Source of the DNA: an uncultured Bacilli bacterium
Lineage (GTDB): Bacteria; Bacillota_I; Bacilli_A; RF39; UBA660
Assembly: GCA_934149105.1 (NCBI GenBank)
Contig: CAKPDP010000002.1
Location: 49,700 to 113,699 of the forward strand
Reading direction: 5' to 3'
DNA length: 64,000 nt
In this document: in pieces, positions 59,431 through 64,000 of the stretch
Position numbering within the stretch: position 1 is the stretch's first letter
How the letters are laid out: the number at the start of each line of letters is the position of its first letter
Notes under the pieces: generated by a model
Told to the model about the DNA's origin: nothing
The model's database searches: none
What the model saw: only the letters and a program-made list of their open reading frames with translations
Made by a program: the position numbers and the translations under genes

Positions 59431-60048
59431 ATGAGAGGTGATAAGAAAGAGATGGGAAATTTATTTCGCATAACTCAAGATTTTAAGACGCCAAATGTTG
59501 TTGAAGGGTATTTTTTTGCAGATATTCATGATAAAAGAGAGATTGCTATTAGCCCTAATACCGAGGAACTACAGGATAAGGTTTTTTATAGAAATATATT
59601 TTTTACTAAAGATGATTCAGGAAAAGTAGTAAAGATTGGAAAATTGGAAACGGTATTTATTCCTTATGGTATTGATATGCTTCCTGGTTCTTTTAATAGT
59701 TTATGTGTTGATGATATATTTTTAGGAACGGGTGTACCTGTAAAAACTAGAGATAGAATTGAATTTGTGGTTTATGATCCTGAGAAGGTTCATTATGGTA
59801 AAAATAGAAAGGGAAAATTAGGATTAGTTCCCCTATTCTCTATTTCCTATCCTGTTAATAAAGTTCGAAATTTTTGTGATGATTATTATTCAATAATGCG
59901 ATGTCAGTTTAAGCCTTTAATTTATAATATCGGAGGGAATGTTAAGGTTGAAGCTTATAATGGATTTGTTTTTGAGAAAAAAAACAAAGTGTTAGGTAAG
60001 TATCGCAAAAGTTATTTTGGTTGGAGTGACACTAAAGATAGCAAATAA
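59431..60048 (+). CDS. Hypothetical protein, co-oriented with the SleB-like gene
   Basis: 205 aa ORF with no recognisable motif; followed by a terminator-like hairpin with a T-run at about 60078-60116. Confidence 0.3.
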   Translation: MRGDKKEMGNLFRITQDFKTPNVVEGYFFADIHDKREIAISPNTEELQDKVFYRNIFFTKDDSGKVVKIGKLETVFIPYGIDMLPGSFNSLCVDDIFLGTGVPVKTRDRIEFVVYDPEKVHYGKNRKGKLGLVPLFSISYPVNKVRNFCDDYYSIMRCQFKPLIYNIGGNVKVEAYNGFVFEKKNKVLGKYRKSYFGWSDTKDSK

Positions 60049-60207
60049 TAATGTGGGAGATATTTAATTAGAGACAGGACTGCTCAATGGTTGGAGCGGT
60101 CTTTTCCTTTAAAAAAATTGGTTTAAAAAGAGAATTAGGAAGTCTAGGATTGGTTGACGGTGGCAGGAAAAAATGATATCATGAAGGGGTAATGGAAGTG
60201 ATTATTA

Positions 60208-61074
60208 ATGAAGGAGAAAAAGCAATCTTGGCAGGTAGTGAGGAAGGCTATGTTGGTGGATTTTTTGGGTGAAGTTAAGACCGATGTTAGCAGGAAAGAT
60301 TTGAAAAATTATATAAAATACGAAATGGTAACGGTGAATGGAAAGACGGTTACCCGAGCAACACAGGAGGTTACTGCTGGTGATGAGGTCTCTTTATTTT
60401 ATCAGAAAGTTGTGATGCCAGAATTTAATTTAAGGATTTTGTATGAGGATAAGGATCTAATTGTTATCGATAAACCTGGTGGGCTGTTGTCTATTAGTAA
60501 TGATAAGGAAAAAGAGATTACGGCTTTTAAGATGGTTAGGAGTTATGTGAGAAAGAAGGATCCAAAGTGTTTTTTATTTGCTATTCATAGGTTGGATCAG
60601 GAAACATCAGGGGTATTAATGTTTGGAAAGAATCCCGCTATTAAGGAAAAGTTGCAGGAAAATTGGAATGAAATAGTAAAAAAGAGGGGGTACTGGGCAA
60701 TTGTTCCTGGGACTTTACAAAAAAAGAAGGGCCGTTTTGCTTCTTATCTTAAGGAAGATAGGACGGGAAGAGTTTATTCAGCAAGGGATAAACATGGAAA
60801 ATATGCTATTACGAATTATGAGGTTTTGAGAAGTAATGGGAAATATAGTTTGTTAGATGTGAATATCGAAACAGGAAGGAGAAATCAGATCAGAGTTCAT
60901 CTTAGTGAGGCTGGATTCCCTATTGTGGGCGATAAGAAATATGGCTCTAAGGATAATGGTATGGGGAGATTGGCTTTGCATGCGTATGAGTTGGATTTGA
61001 TTGATCCTAGGAACGGAGAACTGATGAAGTTTAGGAGTGAGAGGCCACAGGAATTTGATGAGTTTGTTAGATAG
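60208..61074 (+). CDS. RluA-family 23S rRNA/tRNA pseudouridine synthase with an S4 domain
   Basis: HRLDQETSGVLMFGKN catalytic Asp motif; N-terminal S4-like region. Confidence 0.8.
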   Translation: MKEKKQSWQVVRKAMLVDFLGEVKTDVSRKDLKNYIKYEMVTVNGKTVTRATQEVTAGDEVSLFYQKVVMPEFNLRILYEDKDLIVIDKPGGLLSISNDKEKEITAFKMVRSYVRKKDPKCFLFAIHRLDQETSGVLMFGKNPAIKEKLQENWNEIVKKRGYWAIVPGTLQKKKGRFASYLKEDRTGRVYSARDKHGKYAITNYEVLRSNGKYSLLDVNIETGRRNQIRVHLSEAGFPIVGDKKYGSKDNGMGRLALHAYELDLIDPRNGELMKFRSERPQEFDEFVR

Positions 61075-61335
61075 ATATAGAGATAAAAGAAGAAATAAGG
61101 AAAACCACATTCAAAAAATTTGATGTGGTTTTTAGGTTGATATTAGATTTTTGTGAATGTTTTTATGATGTAATGATGTTGGCAATTATTTTTTTATTGT
61201 CATTTTTCTAGGTTAACGATTTTTCTCTTGAGATTTTTTTCTGAGCTGGTGATTATTTTTTTATTGATATTTCCTTCTAAATTGATGTTTCTTCTTTTGC
61301 CGATATTTTATTTTTAGGATCTATTTTTTAGAAAT

Positions 61336-62340
61336 TTATTTTATTTTTAGAGTTTGGCCGATGGTTAGGGTGTTAGTTGTTAGGTTGTTGAGATTTTTTA
61401 ATTCTGAGACTGTTAGTCCGTACTTGTTGGCTATGGAGTATAGAGTATCACCACTTTTAACGGTATAGGTTGTATTAGAAGTAGTGGTGCCATCGGTGGT
61501 AGATGGAACTTTGATCACTTGACCGATACTTAGAAGATTGCTGGTTAAATTATTTAGGTTTTTTAGGGTAGTTATGTTGGTATTGTATTTGTTAGCGATG
61601 GAATATAAGGTATCACCACTTTTGACTGTGTAGGTTGTAGTAGAAGTAGGTTGAGTTGTGGCGGTTGGTTTTATTTTTAGAACTTGACCAATGGTTAGAG
61701 TATTGGTTGTCAGGTTGTTGAGATTTTTTAATTCTGAGACTGTTAGTCCGTACTTGTTGGCTATGGAATATAGACTATCACCACTTTTGACTGTATATGT
61801 TGCGATGTCAGGTTGATTAGTAGTTGGGGATTCTGATTCGTTTGGCAATTCAATGGTATCTATTGGTAGGCGTAGTTTTTGGCCCTGTTTAAGAGTAGTG
61901 CTGGTGAGGTTATTTAAATTAATTATTTCTTCTTGGGTAAGGCCGTAAGCTTTGGCGATGGATTCTAAGGTATCACCTGATTTGACGATATAGGTTATTA
62001 CTTCACTCACTTCGGTTGGGCCAACAGTGGTTGTAGTAGGAATTTTTAGGACTTGACCGATGTTTAGAGTGTTGCTTGTAAGGTTATTTAGGGATTTTAA
62101 ATTATTAACTGTTGTATTGTATTTGGTGGCTATGGAGTATAGGGAGTCACCTTTTTTGACGGTATAGGTTGTGGTTGATGTGGAATTTTGGTAACCTGGT
62201 AACTTTAGAACTTGACCGATTGAGAGGTTATTTGATGTGAGATTATTGAGATTTTTTAGAGTGGCGACAGTGGTGTTATACTTGGTGGCTATGGAGTATA
62301 AGGAGTCGCCTTTTTTGACGGTATACGTTGTGGTAGTGCT
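61336..62340. repeat. Intragenic near-identical DNA repeats encoding the LysM modules
   Basis: For example, 61336-61470 and 61676-61810 are about 90-95% identical. Confidence 0.6.
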
Positions 62341-62931
62341 AGAGGTAAAGGGAGATGTATATTTTATTCCTTTATATTCGGAGACGGCTTTGATGACGGC
62401 TTCGGCTAGTTGTTTATAGTTATCGTTTAGGAATTTGGCATTTTCTGGAGTGTCGTCAATGAAGCCGTATTCTACTATTAGGCTTTCGGTGTCACCGGTG
62501 TTACGGTGCATAAAGTAATAGTCTTTACTGGTATCACTAGGAAGGCGACGTTGATAGTATTTTCTGGTGCTTTGGCCAGTGGCTCTGATGTTTTCGAGGA
62601 TTTTGCTGGCAAGGGTTGGGTTGTTGCGGAGGGCGTAGATTACTTCGGCGCCTGTACCACCTCCGGCATTCAAGTGATTAGATATCACTATAACATTGGG
62701 ATTATTTCCATAAGCTGATAAAACTTTATTTACTCTTTCCGTCGGAGTTAGGCTTGTATCACTATCTCTAGTTAAAGTTACTGGTATTCCTAATTCTTTA
62801 AAGCGATCATACATGTATTTACTTATTTTTAAAGTATAATCTTTTTCGTATTGATTATTACCTGTAGCTCCACTATCAGTTCCTCCATGTCCTGGATCAA
62901 TTACAACTCCAACTAAGTTATTATTATTCAT
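61336..62931 (-). CDS. N-acetylmuramoyl-L-alanine amidase (Amidase_3) with six LysM repeats
   Basis: VIDPGHGGTDSGA Amidase_3 motif; repeated YTVKKGDSLYSIA...GQVLKIP LysM modules. Confidence 0.85.
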   Translation of the reverse strand: MNNNNLVGVVIDPGHGGTDSGATGNNQYEKDYTLKISKYMYDRFKELGIPVTLTRDSDTSLTPTERVNKVLSAYGNNPNVIVISNHLNAGGGTGAEVIYALRNNPTLASKILENIRATGQSTRKYYQRRLPSDTSKDYYFMHRNTGDTESLIVEYGFIDDTPENAKFLNDNYKQLAEAVIKAVSEYKGIKYTSPFTSSTTTTYTVKKGDSLYSIATKYNTTVATLKNLNNLTSNNLSIGQVLKLPGYQNSTSTTTYTVKKGDSLYSIATKYNTTVNNLKSLNNLTSNTLNIGQVLKIPTTTTVGPTEVSEVITYIVKSGDTLESIAKAYGLTQEEIINLNNLTSTTLKQGQKLRLPIDTIELPNESESPTTNQPDIATYTVKSGDSLYSIANKYGLTVSELKNLNNLTTNTLTIGQVLKIKPTATTQPTSTTTYTVKSGDTLYSIANKYNTNITTLKNLNNLTSNLLSIGQVIKVPSTTDGTTTSNTTYTVKSGDTLYSIANKYGLTVSELKNLNNLTTNTLTIGQTLKIK

Positions 62932-62985
62932 AAATTATCACCTAAAATAGCTTATGATTAATATCTATTTTTGTTAATGTTCTAG

Positions 62986-63417
62986 CTATTTTTCTTCCCA
63001 CTCATCTGTTACTAACTCATCATCATCTCTTTCTTCTGCTTCGACATAATCGGCTGGACTCATTCTTTCTTCTTTAGCTATTCTTTTATCTTCTTCTGAT
63101 AACCCCCACAACTTGGCTTCTCTATCGAAGCTACTTTCAAAATTATTTTTCTTAGTACTGTTAGTACTAAAAGATTTTGACGAAGAACTTTTCTTATGAA
63201 AAGGATTGATGATTTTAAAATCAGGGTAATTAAAATATATTTTACCATGACCAAACTTGTTATAAACTAATTGAAAGAGCATTAGAAATAAAGAGAAGAT
63301 GATTTTGCCAAAAATAAAACAAAAATAAAAAGTAATGACCATTAGATAAAAAGTTAGTTTTAACATATAATACATAAGAATAAAAGGAAAGAAAATTAAA
63401 TATAATAGCTCTTTCAT
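62986..63417 (-). CDS. Small membrane protein with an acidic C-terminus
   Basis: Two TM helices; C-terminal EERDDDELVTDEWEEK. Confidence 0.3.
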   Translation of the reverse strand: MKELLYLIFFPFILMYYMLKLTFYLMVITFYFCFIFGKIIFSLFLMLFQLVYNKFGHGKIYFNYPDFKIINPFHKKSSSSKSFSTNSTKKNNFESSFDREAKLWGLSEEDKRIAKEERMSPADYVEAEERDDDELVTDEWEEK

Positions 63418-63443
63418 AATATCACTTTCTCGTATAATAATAT

Positions 63444-64000
63444 TTACTGAAAAGGTTTATAGATTTTAGCTAAGGATTCAGCTATTTTGATACCGTCGAT
63501 AGCGGCACTAGTTATTCCTCCGGCATAACCAGATCCTTCGCCACAAGGATATAAACCAGAGATAGAGCTTTCACCTTGGGAATTTCTTGGAATTCGAAGT
63601 GGTGAAGAAGTTCTGCTTTCAACGGCTTGAATGATAGCATCTGGATCAGCATAGCCAGGAATTATTTTATCGAAATGTTGGATAGCTTCTTTTAAAGAGA
63701 TGTTTATATAGTCTGGGAAAAGGGAATTTAGATTTGTTAGAGTATAGTTTCCTTTGGTTATAGGATTAATGTGGCCAAATTTAGTAGTAGAAACATTTTC
63801 TAAATAATCTTTAAAAGTTTGAGTAGGAATTAGACCGTTACCTAATAGATAGGCTTTAGTTTCTAGAGCCTGTTGGAATTTGACACCATCTAGAGGGTTT
63901 AAGCCAAAATCTTTAGGAGAGATAGTTACTATTAAAGCACTATTAGCATTTAGGGTATTTCTAGCATAATTACTCATACCATTTATACATAATTTTCCTG
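63444..64000 (-). CDS. FAD-dependent oxidoreductase (COG2509/HI0933-like), C-terminal part; the gene continues past the window end
   Basis: C-terminal LYPCGEGSGYAGGITSAAIDG motif; the frame is open to position 64000. Confidence 0.5.
   Translation of the reverse strand, partial: GKLCINGMSNYARNTLNANSALIVTISPKDFGLNPLDGVKFQQALETKAYLLGNGLIPTQTFKDYLENVSTTKFGHINPITKGNYTLTNLNSLFPDYINISLKEAIQHFDKIIPGYADPDAIIQAVESRTSSPLRIPRNSQGESSISGLYPCGEGSGYAGGITSAAIDGIKIAESLAKIYKPFQ

Noticed and set aside
61336-62340. Regular near-identical repeats that could suggest a CRISPR array or mobile repeats
   Set aside because: The repeats are about 115-340 bp in-frame coding modules (LysM domains) inside the amidase gene; they are not short repeat-spacer units.
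1-64000. Prophage, integrase, transposase and CRISPR-Cas
   Set aside because: No integrase or transposase signatures, no att-like long direct repeats and no repeat-spacer arrays were recognised.

Overview
This 64 kb window is an AT-rich (roughly 25-30% GC) chromosomal segment from a low-GC, probably spore-forming Firmicutes (Clostridia-like). Hints for that placement are SleB-type and YjcZ-type sporulation proteins, SipW-cognate signal peptides, dockerin-type repeats and a strong AGA/AAT/ATA codon bias. Most genes lie on the minus strand. Core content includes era-cdd-ybeY, an ABC transporter, radC, trpS (preceded by a tRNA-Met), ftsA-ftsZ, a cluster of large surface proteins, trmB, a Ca-type P-type ATPase, rpmG-efp, a class B PBP, a heterodimeric ABC exporter pair, an orphan histidine kinase, typA, sodA, the anaerobic module nrdD-nrdG and pflB-pflA, glyA with a tRNA-Trp, an SleB-like hydrolase, an RluA-family pseudouridine synthase and a LysM amidase. 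The most interesting part is a decayed accessory island at about 28.3-32.2 kb. It holds a secreted protein with a SipW-type signal and a DUF1566/C-type-lectin-like C-terminus whose GC-rich 3' end looks like a DGR variable region. About 300 bp downstream is a shorter AAC-codon-rich copy that differs mainly at its adenines, which is what a template repeat looks like. No reverse transcriptase is in the window. Around this sit a poly-G tract, a pRiA4b-ORF3-like pseudogene, coding remnants and unusual paired palindromes. Other points to check are an NrdD whose glycyl-radical tail sits in a separate small ORF with its own RBS, a frameshifted Fic gene, a P-loop gene with an ATA start position, a stand-alone HPt protein after ftsZ, and two small genes (rpmG and a YjcZ-like tiny TM protein) that the ORF track missed.
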